Source: an uncultured virus (IMG/VR IMGVR_UViG_3300044644_002613)
Taxonomy: Duplodnaviria > Heunggongvirae > Uroviricota > Caudoviricetes
IMG/VR virus record: IMGVR_UViG_3300044644_002613
Length of the DNA stretch: 54,028 nt
Direction: 5' to 3' (one strand)
Shown here: positions 36,800-54,028 of the stretch, piece after piece
Layout: the number at the start of each line of letters is the position of its first letter
Numbering within the stretch: the stretch's first letter is position 1
Made by a program: the position numbers and the translations under genes
Notes under the pieces: model-generated
What the model was told of the DNA's origin: nothing
What the model saw: the letters and a program-made list of their open reading frames with translations, nothing else
Database searches by the model: none

Positions 36800-38249
36800 C
36801 TTGGTATTGTATCGCTGCTGTTGTATATGTACCAGCAGAAACTTCTTTCCAGTTTGTTCCATACATTATAGTTTGAACTGGGGAGCTTCTATTTGTTCTT
36901 GTATTGTCTCCTAATCCACCATAAGAATTCCTTCCCCATAACCAAAGCGTTCCGTCTGTCTTTATTGCTGCTGTAAAGCCATAACTACTACATACAACTT
37001 GTTTCCAATTCGTTCCATATGCAATTGTTTGAATTGGTGATGATCTATTGTTTGTTACTCCTGCAATTTCAGGAGAAGGCTTTACAGCACCAACTCCAAG
37101 GCTTATCGTTCCAGTCCATGTTCCAGTGAAACTACTTGGAGTAAAAGTTATGCTGACATTAGTACTTATCGCAGATACGGTAGTCCATAATACTGATTGT
37201 GTAGATGTATACACATTCATGCCTATGGACACTCCAGTAGTGTTAGATGTATTAAATGTATTGCCATTAATTTTAGAGCCAGAAACAGTAACTGGACTTG
37301 TGCCTGGATCACCACTAGTGGCAGGAGTAGGTTCAGTAGATACTGTCAATTGTCCATAAGAATTCCTTCCCCAAGTCCAAAGAGTTCCATCAGTCTTTAT
37401 CGCTGCACAATGGTGGGTTCCAGAAGACACACTTTTCCAGTTTGTTCCAAAGGCAACCGTCTGTACTGGTGATGATTTGCTTACTGTTGTATTGTCGCCA
37501 AGCTGACCATAAGTGGCATTATTACCCCAAGCCCACAAAGTTCCGTCTGTCTTTATCGCTGCCGTGTGATTGCCACTACATACAACTTGTTTCCAGTTTT
37601 TCGCAAATGTAACTGTTTGAACTGGTGAACTTCTATTTGTAATTGTGTTGTCGCCTAATTGTCCACTAGTATTCGCACCCCAACACCAAAGCGTACCGTC
37701 TGTCTTTATCGCTGCCGTGTGATTGCCACCAGACGCAATCTGTTTCCAATCAGTTCCACCAGCAATAGTCTGTACAGGAGAGCTTCTGTGTGTAACTGTG
37801 TTATCACCTAATTGACCCAAATTGTTATATCCCCAACACCAAAAAGTACCATCTGTCTTTATCGCTGCTACATAGCTGTCGCCACAAACAAATTGTTTCC
37901 AGTTTGTTCCAAATGTTACTGTTTGAACTGGTGATGATTTATTTATTACTGTGTTATCACCTAATTGACCGAAATTGTTAATTCCCATGGTCCACAAAGT
38001 TCCATCTGTCTTTATCGCTGCTGAACTTAAACCAAAGCCAATATCAACTTGTTTCCAATTTGTTCCATATGCAACTGTCTGTATTGGCGAACTTCTGTGT
38101 GTAACTGTTGTATTGTCACCTCTCTGACCCCAAGAACCCTGACCCCACAACCACAAATTCCCGCTTCTGAAGTAATCAGCACGAACATAATAGTCTTCGA
38201 AATCTACTGTCGTATTATCGGCATTCTTGAATCTAAATGGTGTTGACAT
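36786..38249 (-). CDS. RCC1-repeat 7-bladed propeller with an inserted Ser/Thr-rich beta domain
   Basis: Seven LWxWG...GQLGDNT...SSPVQT...NWKQV blades; start moved to MSTPFR (SD GGAGG). Confidence 0.85.
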   Translation of the reverse strand: MSTPFRFKNADNTTVDFEDYYVRADYFRSGNLWLWGQGSWGQRGDNTTVTHRSSPIQTVAYGTNWKQVDIGFGLSSAAIKTDGTLWTMGINNFGQLGDNTVINKSSPVQTVTFGTNWKQFVCGDSYVAAIKTDGTFWCWGYNNLGQLGDNTVTHRSSPVQTIAGGTDWKQIASGGNHTAAIKTDGTLWCWGANTSGQLGDNTITNRSSPVQTVTFAKNWKQVVCSGNHTAAIKTDGTLWAWGNNATYGQLGDNTTVSKSSPVQTVAFGTNWKSVSSGTHHCAAIKTDGTLWTWGRNSYGQLTVSTEPTPATSGDPGTSPVTVSGSKINGNTFNTSNTTGVSIGMNVYTSTQSVLWTTVSAISTNVSITFTPSSFTGTWTGTISLGVGAVKPSPEIAGVTNNRSSPIQTIAYGTNWKQVVCSSYGFTAAIKTDGTLWLWGRNSYGGLGDNTRTNRSSPVQTIMYGTNWKEVSAGTYTTAAIQYQDDYQ

Positions 38250-38736
38250 GAGCCTCCAGATAGAAAACCTTGACAAGATTCTTAGAAATTGAGTGCCACA
38301 AAAAAGGTTTGAACATGACCATGTCGCCAGCGTTAAGTTCAAATGTGGCTGAGTCATTCCAATTTTCTTTATTGAAGCAGTTTTCCTTTATGAATACTTG
38401 TAGTTCTTCCTGTACTTGCATTACATTGGAGTAGTTTTTTTCCTTGTGTCTATGCAATTTGAATGTAGTCTTCTCAAGTGGGATTATGCAGACCCAAAGG
38501 CTGTTCTGGTTGAAACTTTCGAAGTGGATGTTCTCGAATGGTTTTCTGAGTATTCCAGATTCTTTCGTAATGGTAATTTCTTGATTGAGGATTTCGCCAA
38601 AGACTTTGTGCAGGTTTTCTGGAACTAGGTTGAAGTCTACGATTTCTTCTCCGTAAGTGTTCTCCTTGAACTGGAGGTCTTTTACCACTTCATATAGATT
38701 TTGCGTGTTGTAGAAATTTTCTATCTGTATTATCAA
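38233..38736 (-). CDS. Putative 2OG-Fe(II) oxygenase-fold protein
   Basis: IENFY, IHFE, T.F..HRH, MVMFKPFLWHS. Confidence 0.55.
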   Translation of the reverse strand: MIIQIENFYNTQNLYEVVKDLQFKENTYGEEIVDFNLVPENLHKVFGEILNQEITITKESGILRKPFENIHFESFNQNSLWVCIIPLEKTTFKLHRHKEKNYSNVMQVQEELQVFIKENCFNKENWNDSATFELNAGDMVMFKPFLWHSISKNLVKVFYLEAHVNTI

Positions 38737-39941
38737 AAGTCACCGTCCTTTATTGCTGCTGTGAATCCAAAACCACAATCGACACTTTTCCAAGTATTTC
38801 CATACAAAATCGTTTGAATTGGTGACGATCTAGAGGTTACTGTGTTGTCGCCTAATTGTCCATTATCATTCCATCCCCAAGCCCACAAAGTTCCATCTGC
38901 CTTTATTGCTGTGGTATGACTTCTGTTAAGAGAAACTTGTTTCCAGTTTGTTCCTCTGGTAATTGTCTGTACTGGTGATGATTTGCTTACATTTGTGTTG
39001 TCTCCAATATTACCATAAGCATTACTTCCCCAAGACCACAATGTTCCGTCTGTCTTTATTGCTGCTGTATAAAAAACTCCAGCAAAAACACTTTTCCAAT
39101 TTGTGCCAAAAGCAACTGTTTGGACTGGCGATGATTTATGTACTGTTGTGTTGTCGCCAAGCCGACCTAGATAATTTCTCCCCCAAGTCCACAATGTTCC
39201 GTCTGTCTTTATTGCTGCTGTACATTGATAACCACAAGATACTTGCATCCAATTTGTTCCTCTGGTTACCGTTTGAACTGGTGATGATTTATTTACTATT
39301 GTGCTGTCTCCCAATGCACCATTTGTATTATATCCCCAAACCCATAAAGTACCATCCGTCTTTATTGCTGCACAATGTCCAGTTCCAGCAGATACTTGCT
39401 TCCAATTTGTGCCAAACGCAATCGTTTGAACTGGTGATGATCTTCTTGAAACTGTATTATTTCCCAATTGACCATAACCATTATTACCCCATAACCATAA
39501 AGTTCCATCGGTTTTTATTGCTGCTGTGAGTCCGTTCCCACAAGACACATTTTTCCAGTTTGTTCCAAATGCAATTGTCTGTACTGGTGAAGATCTATTT
39601 GTGACACTTGTATTGTCTCCTAATTCACCATAACCATTATATCCCCAAATCCACAAAGTACCATCAGTTTTTACAGCCGAAATGTGTCTATATCCACCAG
39701 ATACTTGTTTCCAATTTGCACCCCAAGCAACCGTTTGTACTGGCGATGATTTGTTTACAGTTGTATTATCACCTACGCCACCATAAGTATTAAATCCCCA
39801 ACTCATCAGCATGGGAGTATCGAATTGGTTGAGTAGATTTGGGTATACGGAGATGAGGTAGTCCTTCTCGATCAAGGTCTTTCCAAGATCGACACCTTTC
39901 TCATCTATGAATCTAGTTGTGATGCTTCCTGTAACTGCCAT
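38733..39941 (-). CDS. RCC1-repeat 7-bladed propeller protein
   Basis: Seven blades of the same consensus. Confidence 0.9.
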   Translation of the reverse strand: MAVTGSITTRFIDEKGVDLGKTLIEKDYLISVYPNLLNQFDTPMLMSWGFNTYGGVGDNTTVNKSSPVQTVAWGANWKQVSGGYRHISAVKTDGTLWIWGYNGYGELGDNTSVTNRSSPVQTIAFGTNWKNVSCGNGLTAAIKTDGTLWLWGNNGYGQLGNNTVSRRSSPVQTIAFGTNWKQVSAGTGHCAAIKTDGTLWVWGYNTNGALGDSTIVNKSSPVQTVTRGTNWMQVSCGYQCTAAIKTDGTLWTWGRNYLGRLGDNTTVHKSSPVQTVAFGTNWKSVFAGVFYTAAIKTDGTLWSWGSNAYGNIGDNTNVSKSSPVQTITRGTNWKQVSLNRSHTTAIKADGTLWAWGWNDNGQLGDNTVTSRSSPIQTILYGNTWKSVDCGFGFTAAIKDGDF

Positions 39942-39942
39942 A

Positions 39943-40716
39943 TTATCCTTCTGGTGTAGGTGTAGTGGTAACTACTGGTTCTTCCACTACTGGTTCTTCC
40001 ACTACTGGTTCTTCCACTACTGGTTCTTCCACTACTGGTTCTTCCACTACTGGTTCTTCCACTACTGGTGTAGGCATGATGGGATCAGGCACTACTTCTT
40101 TCATTATTATAGTATCAACAGAAATATGATCTGCTGCGTTTTCTATTTCGTTTAATTTTGCGAATTCCCAATCGAAAGCAGCTTGAACAACCTTGTCTAT
40201 TTCCGAGATGATAATCTCCAAATCAGACTTCGTAATTTCCATCCAAGTCTGTGGGAATTTCCAGTATGCGGTAAGGTCGCCTATAGACAATATTTTTGAA
40301 GCATATACAGCACGACTTTCCCTGTCTGTGCTTACTGTTACTTCCTGTCCTTTAAGGGTTATCTTTATGTCTTTTATTTCCCTTGATCTTCTTTCTGAAG
40401 ATAGTTGTTGTATCAAATTAGCTTTTGCTATTTGTAGTATAAGAGGTTTAACTTCATAGTTTGCTATTGCAAGGTCTTCTGTTATTTCCCAGTTAGGTCC
40501 AGTCAATTCCTCTATCTTTGGGTTGTATTCTGGTTTTATTTCCCTTACTTGGAATATCTTTGTTTCTTCGTTTATAGTCCATGGAACATTTGCTTCGTCT
40601 GGGAAATGAACCTTGATGTCTAGCTCAAGCTCCTCTTGGAGAATTGAACTGATCATCCTTGGATTCCATTTCAATAAAGTCTGAATTATATTTCCGTTGT
40701 TTATTATTGCGTACAT
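39943..40716 (-). CDS. DUF4376-like tail-fibre-associated protein with PVVEE repeats
   Basis: RRSRE...I......TDRESR, WKF...W, VQAAFDWE. Confidence 0.65.
   Translation of the reverse strand: MYAIINNGNIIQTLLKWNPRMISSILQEELELDIKVHFPDEANVPWTINEETKIFQVREIKPEYNPKIEELTGPNWEITEDLAIANYEVKPLILQIAKANLIQQLSSERRSREIKDIKITLKGQEVTVSTDRESRAVYASKILSIGDLTAYWKFPQTWMEITKSDLEIIISEIDKVVQAAFDWEFAKLNEIENAADHISVDTIIMKEVVPDPIMPTPVVEEPVVEEPVVEEPVVEEPVVEEPVVEEPVVTTTPTPEG
39971..40068 (-). repeat. 15-bp perfect coding tandem repeat (PVVEE x6.5)
   Basis: ACTACTGGTTCTTCC x6 plus a partial copy. Confidence 0.95.
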
Positions 40717-40719
40717 GTT

Positions 40720-41876
40720 TTATATATCTCCGTTCGTTACTGCTGCTGTGTAATTGTTACCACAAGCTACTTGTTTCCAGTTTGTACCATATGCTGTCGT
40801 TTGAACTGGTGATGATTTTTTTACAACTGTATTGTCGCCTAACTGACCATAACCATTAGCTCCCCAATTCCATAAAGTTCCATCTGTCTTTATCGCTGCT
40901 ATTTGACCATTAGCAGAAACTTGTTTCCAGTTTGTTCCAAATGTGATTGTCTGTACTGGTGATGATTTGCTTGTAAGTGTGTTGTCACCTAATTGTCCTT
41001 GGCTATTACCTCCCCAAGTCCACAAAGTACCATCAGTCTTTATTGCTGCCATGCTAGGATACCCACTAGATACTTGTTTCCAGTTTGTTCCATAAGCAAC
41101 TGTTTGTACTGGCGATGATCTGTATGCTGTTGTGTTATCGCCTAAAGTGCCACTAAAATTAATACCCCAAGCCCACAAGGTTCCATCTGTTTTTATTGCT
41201 GCTGTAGTATAACCACTAGCAGAAACTTGTTTCCAGTTTGTACCACCTGCAATTGTTTGAACTGGTGAACTAATGTGTGTTATTGTGTTATTACCTAATT
41301 GACCATAAGTGTTTCTTCCCCAAACCCAAAGTGTACCATCTGTCTTTATAGCTGCTGTGTGATAACCACAAGAGACTTGTTTCCAATTATTTCCAAAAGT
41401 AACTGTTTGAACAGGCGAAGATCTTTGTATTACTGTGTTGTCGCCAAGTTGTCCATTATTGTTATATCCCCAAGTCCATAATGTGCCATCTGTCTTTATT
41501 GCTGCTATAATAAAATTTCCACAAGCAACACTTTTCCAGTTTGTGCCTCTAGCAATTGTTTGAACGGGCGATGATCTTGAAATCCCTGTATTATCTCCAA
41601 TCGACCCATTGTCATTAACTCCCCAGCACCAAAGTGTTCCGTCTGTCTTTATCCCTGCTGTTTGTAAAAATCCACAAGCAACACTTTTCCAATTTATTCC
41701 ACCAGTCACTGTCTGAATTGGATTTGATTTATTTACAACTGTATTGTCGCCAAGCGGACCATAAGTAGTGTTTATACCCCAAGTAAACAGTGTATTCCCC
41801 ACGAATTGGTCGAGAAGCCAAGCGTCAGAAACGAAAGCGGTTTTGAGGTCGCCATCAGGACCAGAAATAAAAGGCA

Positions 41877-41877
<1 letters not shown>
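40720..41877 (-). CDS. RCC1-repeat 7-bladed propeller protein
   Basis: Seven blades; TAATG coupling to the upstream fibre gene. Confidence 0.9.
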
Positions 41878-49262
<7,385 letters not shown>

Positions 49263-49278
49263 TTAAATTTACTTATAA

Positions 49279-49842
49279 TCATCTTTGAGGCGTTATGGCA
49301 AATCCAAACATAAAAAGAGTTCTTGGTGTGTTTCCATGGCAAACATCTACACTATGATAAAGTTCAGTTACCAAATAACACATCATGTCACCTTCATTTA
49401 AGTCATAGGTTTTATCTTCGACATGAATAGATCCACCACTTTCAGCTTTACTAGACAGAATATTACACCTTAATCCAACAAGTCCTTCGCCAACACTTGG
49501 ATCTTTGTGTCTATAAACATCTCCATCGTTATAAGTTACGCTAACCACAACACCATCTTTTCCATGTCCTTCTATGACTGGAGAATTTCCCACTGATGGA
49601 ACCACTTTACGGATTCGATCTTGTAAGTTTTTAACTAGTTCTGGATAGTTTATATTTTGGCTCATTCTGTTAGTGAGCCTCTTTTTTGTTGTGCTGAATT
49701 CTTTCTTATCCCAATCTCCAGTAATCCCATCTACGAATTGACCTTCAGCAACAGCTTTTGCAGTCCAATCTTTCAATGTTTGAATTTCTTCAGAGTTGAT
49801 AAAGTTTCTTATAATCATTACATTTTCATCTTTTTCTATCAT
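49279..49842 (-). CDS. 2OG-Fe(II) oxygenase (prolyl-hydroxylase-like)
   Basis: HKD...HSV...R facial triad; start moved to MIEKDE (ATGA overlap). Confidence 0.8.
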   Translation of the reverse strand: MIEKDENVMIIRNFINSEEIQTLKDWTAKAVAEGQFVDGITGDWDKKEFSTTKKRLTNRMSQNINYPELVKNLQDRIRKVVPSVGNSPVIEGHGKDGVVVSVTYNDGDVYRHKDPSVGEGLVGLRCNILSSKAESGGSIHVEDKTYDLNEGDMMCYLVTELYHSVDVCHGNTPRTLFMFGFAITPQR

Positions 49843-50342
49843 TTTGACTGCCTTTTGTTTAAGTGTGGATAATCTATATATGGCGTTTTCTTTTTTAAGA
49901 AATCGCATAGTTTATCGAATTTTTCATCTTCTTTTAAATCTAGAATCAAAAGATCATCTTGTCTGTTTTTGAAATACTCTGAAACTTTCGAATGATGTCT
50001 GTGATACCCTTCAATGAATTTGTCTTTATCAAAAACAAAAGACTTCCATAGCATGAATCGAGTTTCTAATTGCCAAACAGGATCTGTGCTGGATCTATGA
50101 AGAGAAGCAGCACTTTCTATCCAAGAATCTATATCTCTGGTTGTTAGTATGAATTTAGATTCTGGATACAATAAATCTAAAAATTTGAACCTTGCAGCAA
50201 CCGCTGTATCTGTGCTTGCATCAAAACTGTCTATTTCTTTATAAGACATTGGGCAATGAATAGCTGAATAACCAAGAACTTTCAATGCTTCAGTTAAAGA
50301 AGTAGTTCCAGTTCTGGTTAGTCCTATGCCAAATACTTTCAT
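49839..50342 (-). CDS. Sulfotransferase family protein
   Basis: VFGIGLTRTGTTSL.EAL..LGY, YPESKFILTTRD..SW.ES, LCDFL, YPHLN; start at MKVFG (ATGA overlap). Confidence 0.85.
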   Translation of the reverse strand: MKVFGIGLTRTGTTSLTEALKVLGYSAIHCPMSYKEIDSFDASTDTAVAARFKFLDLLYPESKFILTTRDIDSWIESAASLHRSSTDPVWQLETRFMLWKSFVFDKDKFIEGYHRHHSKVSEYFKNRQDDLLILDLKEDEKFDKLCDFLKKKTPYIDYPHLNKRQSK

Positions 50343-50866
50343 AGCTTGCTGAAAGCCTCGCAATCATATGAATATGCTTGTTTGATGAGATCTATCTGCT
50401 CTTGGCTTAAAGTTGGCATGTCTCCATCTTCAGGTAAAGTAACAGTAACATTTAATCCAAGATATGTGCAGCAATCATTTAATCCCTTATCAGAATAAGG
50501 GAAATATTTGGCATTAACACAATCTAGAACTCCCATCTTTTTCAATGACATGAAGTGTATGTTGTCAAGATTGTTCAAGCCTTCTTCGACAGAACAAGAC
50601 AATCTCAAACATGAGTTTTTAAATCTTTCAACTGGGTCTCTGACAATGACGGCAAAATCTAAGTTCGAACAGTCTGTTACGCTCAAGTCTTTGATCTCTG
50701 GAACATTTATAATAGGCTTCCATTCTGTTTCAGTATTCACGAAATCAGAACTTGCTTCTGGATAGTGTTTTTTAATCAATTCTTTTAGTATTACTTGTGA
50801 TCCGCTTCTTGTAGCAAGAGCTAGACCTATGTTGTCCTTATGCCACATAACACCTTTATTTGCCAT
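50339..50866 (-). CDS. Divergent sulfotransferase-like protein
   Basis: ATRSGSQ, IVRDPVERF, Y..D. Confidence 0.6.
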   Translation of the reverse strand: MANKGVMWHKDNIGLALATRSGSQVILKELIKKHYPEASSDFVNTETEWKPIINVPEIKDLSVTDCSNLDFAVIVRDPVERFKNSCLRLSCSVEEGLNNLDNIHFMSLKKMGVLDCVNAKYFPYSDKGLNDCCTYLGLNVTVTLPEDGDMPTLSQEQIDLIKQAYSYDCEAFSKL

Positions 50867-51389
50867 GATAGTTCTCCTTTGTTTTTAAGTACAATTCATT
50901 ATCGTTATGATATTTTTCAACGATCAGTTTAATCTGATTATCGTTTAAAGATGGTTTCTTTTTACTTTCCTCTTCATTGAGTTTAGGAACTGGAGTTTCA
51001 AGTCCGAGCCATTCTGCACATTCATCAATTTGTTCTGGGAAAAGAAAGTATTTTATTCTATCGTTTAAAAGACCCATGCTTTCCATAGTCCAAAAATGAA
51101 CTTCATCTTCGACCAATCCTTCTTCTACTGTTTTGTTTCGTCTTGCACACGCACTTCTGAATCTTTCGATTGGGTTTCTTACCATGCAGCATACTTCACA
51201 TTCTGGAAGACCTAGTGTTAAATCATGCCCTTGCAAGTTCATGATTGGATGCCAAAGATCTTCATTTAAAACTTCTGGTTTAAATTTAACATGGTCTTTG
51301 GGTAACATTAAATTCATCAATGCATGACTTCCACTTCGTGTCACTAGAGCTAAAGCCTTATTGTTTATCAAAGAGCAAATGCCTCTCAT
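50856..51389 (-). CDS. Divergent sulfotransferase-like protein, paralogue
   Basis: VTRSGSH, MVRNPIERFRS, Y..D.ELY. Confidence 0.6.
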   Translation of the reverse strand: MRGICSLINNKALALVTRSGSHALMNLMLPKDHVKFKPEVLNEDLWHPIMNLQGHDLTLGLPECEVCCMVRNPIERFRSACARRNKTVEEGLVEDEVHFWTMESMGLLNDRIKYFLFPEQIDECAEWLGLETPVPKLNEEESKKKPSLNDNQIKLIVEKYHNDNELYLKTKENYHGK

Positions 51390-52648
51390 GTTATAGTTCC
51401 CATAAATTGAAGACCATTTACTTGTATTGTGTAACCAGTACCACTTTTATTATTATATGTCTGACCGTTTTTAAGCTCCATTTTGTAGTATCTATAAGAT
51501 GCAGGAGATGCTATAGCATAGTTCAATATGCTATCATTGTTCGTTATTCCAGTCCTGTTGTCTATTGATGTCCAAATTGAATTGTCGCTGCTGCCGTACA
51601 GAGTCCATGCACCAGAAGAACCAGTAATTGCTCGCATGTTGTAAGAACTGATGGTTACTGCTACTCCAAAATCAAGATAACCTGTGTCCGCTATTACTCC
51701 TGTGCCTACTGTAAATGGACCCCAACTACTATAAAACATATAACCAGCATAGTAATCGTAAAATGGAGATAGACCAATAGTTGCATTTGTTGGTATTACA
51801 AAGCCAACAAAATGTTTAAATCTCATTCCAAAATCCGACCAAGCCTTCGGAAAACCCGTCTTGTAGGCTGTTCCAGCGGTTTCCGTCAATATTGTGCCAG
51901 AACTATTTAAATACTTAAGGCTTGGAAATAAAGCGTAACCTCCGTGAAGCTCACAAGAAGTTTCTGGACTTTCGTAGCCCCAAAGCTGGATTTCACCAAT
52001 TTGAAAAACATTCTCATAAAATACAACTCCGCTTTTAGTGTTACGACTAGACCTTCCACCTTTTGTGATTATCAGTCTGTAAATCTTGTATGCAGATGCA
52101 CCAGTTACAGTATATTCCGAATAAGAGCAATTTTTGGCAAGCCTGTCTGTAGCATAAGGAAATCTACTTTGCGAAGATCTTGTGTCAATTGTAGTCCAAT
52201 TAATTTGATCGTTAGAACCAGATAGAGTCCAGTCTTGTGGTGTCTCGTCAGCCATATTAGTGCTAATTACACCGTAGCTAGAAGTGGTGTTTCCATATAC
52301 ATTTTCCCCAAACGCATTATACATTCTGTATTTCGTAATCACTACTGGAAGACCAAAGCTAAAATATGCCTTTTTATTAGAAGCTGTTTTATCAAAATTG
52401 TTTTTATAATGTGAATCCCAAGGATTCTGATATGGCAAAACACCAGTAAAAAGATCGTTTACATAATATTGTTGCTTTGCTGTTCCATCAATAATACTGC
52501 TTGTTTCATTATTGATGTTATATACAATATCGCTGTTCCATACAAAATTATCTCTGGTGGTAAATTTATAATATGGTCGGTATTGTACATTCACTTGCGT
52601 GTTGTCGTATGTTGTTCCACCTCCTACCAAAGCTCTTTCAGTCGGCAT
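51386..52648 (-). CDS. Protein with two discoidin (F5/8 type C)-like domains
   Basis: PQDWTLSGSND..NWTTIDTR...YKIYRL; WTLYGSSDNSIWTSIDNR...YRYYKM. Confidence 0.7.
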   Translation of the reverse strand: MPTERALVGGGTTYDNTQVNVQYRPYYKFTTRDNFVWNSDIVYNINNETSSIIDGTAKQQYYVNDLFTGVLPYQNPWDSHYKNNFDKTASNKKAYFSFGLPVVITKYRMYNAFGENVYGNTTSSYGVISTNMADETPQDWTLSGSNDQINWTTIDTRSSQSRFPYATDRLAKNCSYSEYTVTGASAYKIYRLIITKGGRSSRNTKSGVVFYENVFQIGEIQLWGYESPETSCELHGGYALFPSLKYLNSSGTILTETAGTAYKTGFPKAWSDFGMRFKHFVGFVIPTNATIGLSPFYDYYAGYMFYSSWGPFTVGTGVIADTGYLDFGVAVTISSYNMRAITGSSGAWTLYGSSDNSIWTSIDNRTGITNNDSILNYAIASPASYRYYKMELKNGQTYNNKSGTGYTIQVNGLQFMGTIT

Positions 52649-52657
52649 AATTCACCT

Positions 52658-54028
52658 TTATGTTAAATATCCTTGTAGCTGTATATCTCTTATTAGACCA
52701 TAGAAGCCACCTCCAGACTTCTGGCTCGCAGTAGCCGAACTACCAAATATTGATATTCTGTAGTAAGAATATAAAGCTGGAGAAGCAATCGTAAAGGTAG
52801 CATCAGAACCAACTGTTGCGAGTGTTCTTGTGTCTAACAATGTCCATGTTCCAAAAGTATTTGCTCCATACACTCTAAATGAATAAGTAGGAATAGCACC
52901 AAACACATTACTACTCCAAAGTTTATATGAAGTCAATGTGATTGGGTAATCAAATCCCAGATATCCCTCTTTCGTAGATCCAGCAGTAACAAAGAAAGCA
53001 TCAAGGCTATTTTTTGCAGCATTCCATGAAGCAATAGGGTAAGTAATGCTTAAAATATTTCCCATGTTAAATGCGGAACTGAATGGATCAGTATTCGTAA
53101 CCACACCAGCACTTGTGTAATATTTTGCCGTAGGAAGTAAGGTATTGTATCCATGCAACGCACATGGTGTTGTTGGGCTTTCATATCCCCACAATTGCAC
53201 TTCTCCTAGTTGAGTGTCGTAGCTACAGCCACTCTTGCCACAATAAAAACCTGTTCTGCCTCTTGTCGAAAGTATAAGCCTATAAGATTTATAAGCTGCT
53301 GGTGATGATATGGAGAATTCCGAATAGCTGCTTGTCGCTGGGTCATTGGTGCTAGCATAAGGCAACATATCTTGGCTAGTTCTTGTATCGACTGTTGTCC
53401 AATTTATTTCATCGTTGCTACCTTCTAACGACCATGCTTGTGGAGTCTGATTGCCTAAATCAGTATATTTTAGGTAAACCCCAATATTAGCCATAAAACC
53501 ATTCCACATTCTATATTTCGTTATGACTGTTGGAATTCTAAAATCAAAAATGAATGTCGGTAGAGATTCGTTGTAATAAGTATAGCTATAAGAACTATTC
53601 AAGTTGTTCTGTAGTGGGAGGTAACCGTTTAATATACAATTGTTAAGGTTGTTGTTTACAGATGTAAAATATTGCCTGTAATCAGCATTTATGAATGTTG
53701 GATCATAAGTCACACCACCACCAACTAAAGCTCTTGGTGTCGAATTAACACTTAATATCATCGTGGTAGGTGCTGCTGTCGTTGTAGTCGTGGTAGTAGT
53801 CGTAGGTGCTGCTGTCGTTGTAGTAGTAGTTGTGGTAGTAGGTGCTGCTGTCGTTGTAGTCGTAGTCGTGGTAGTAGGTGCTGCTGTCGTTGTAGTTGTG
53901 GTAGTAGTCGTGGTAGTAGGTGCTGCTGTCGTTGTTGTAGTCGTGGTAGTAGAAACAATATATAAATAATCAAAAGTAATTCTATCTAATCCAGTAGTAA
54001 CACTACCATCTGTATAGTAATAAATTGT
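52658..54028 (-). CDS. 5'-partial protein: mucin-like Thr linker + two discoidin-like domains (paralogue of 51386-52648)
   Basis: Frame is open from the window end: TIYYYTDG...IVS(TnAAP)x5-TT-MILSVNSTPRALVGGG, so the tracked start at 53761 is internal. Also PQAWSLEGSND..NWTTVDTR. Confidence 0.8.
   Translation of the reverse strand, partial: TIYYYTDGSVTTGLDRITFDYLYIVSTTTTTTTTAAPTTTTTTTTTTTAAPTTTTTTTTTAAPTTTTTTTTTAAPTTTTTTTTTAAPTTMILSVNSTPRALVGGGVTYDPTFINADYRQYFTSVNNNLNNCILNGYLPLQNNLNSSYSYTYYNESLPTFIFDFRIPTVITKYRMWNGFMANIGVYLKYTDLGNQTPQAWSLEGSNDEINWTTVDTRTSQDMLPYASTNDPATSSYSEFSISSPAAYKSYRLILSTRGRTGFYCGKSGCSYDTQLGEVQLWGYESPTTPCALHGYNTLLPTAKYYTSAGVVTNTDPFSSAFNMGNILSITYPIASWNAAKNSLDAFFVTAGSTKEGYLGFDYPITLTSYKLWSSNVFGAIPTYSFRVYGANTFGTWTLLDTRTLATVGSDATFTIASPALYSYYRISIFGSSATASQKSGGGFYGLIRDIQLQGYLT
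53762..53950 (-). repeat. Mucin-like (T8-11 AAP) x5 coding repeat
   Basis: GGTGCTGCTGTCGTTGT recurs five times on the + strand, separated by GTN triplets. Confidence 0.9.

Noticed and set aside
39907..40155. (HYWFF)n ORF
   Set aside because: Antisense reading of the PVVEE repeat.
53758..53973. Poly-Val (+) and LQRQQH (-) ORFs
   Set aside because: Other frames of the Thr-rich linker; the Thr frame is continuous with the discoidin gene.

Overview
AT-rich, gene-dense segment that reads as part of a large (jumbo/T4-like) bacteriophage genome in the standard bacterial code: Shine-Dalgarno sites, ATGA overlaps, sigma70-type promoters, thyX, ndk, a tRNA-Arg(UCU), a DUF6321-like gene and tail-fibre genes. 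Left end (1-6.8 kb, minus): a prkA/yeaG - yeaH/yhbH - spoVR operon behind a near-consensus sigma70 promoter. The spoVR gene is missing from the ORF track because it runs off the window, and it carries two LAGLIDADG inteins. Middle (8.8-36 kb): a dispersed glycan-building kit (HldE ADP-heptose synthase, three GT9-like, two GT2 and two GT25-like domains, several O-methyltransferases, a sulfotransferase), small proteins with a T4-like capsid-targeting N-terminus, and a Hef-like nuclease with about 14 tandem 23-aa repeats. Right end (36.8-54 kb, minus): a fibre/adhesin block with seven 7-bladed RCC1 propellers (49 near-identical blades), four of them strung on a Pro-poor G-X-T collagen fibre with an S74 chaperone. 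This block also holds three more sulfotransferases, 2OG-Fe oxygenases and discoidin-like proteins, one with a mucin-like Thr linker. Best candidates for an undescribed system: phage-encoded heptosylation/methylation/sulfation of its own Thr-rich fibres, a recombining RCC1 receptor-binding repertoire, and the repeat-array nuclease. All family calls come from motifs read by eye; no database searches were run.
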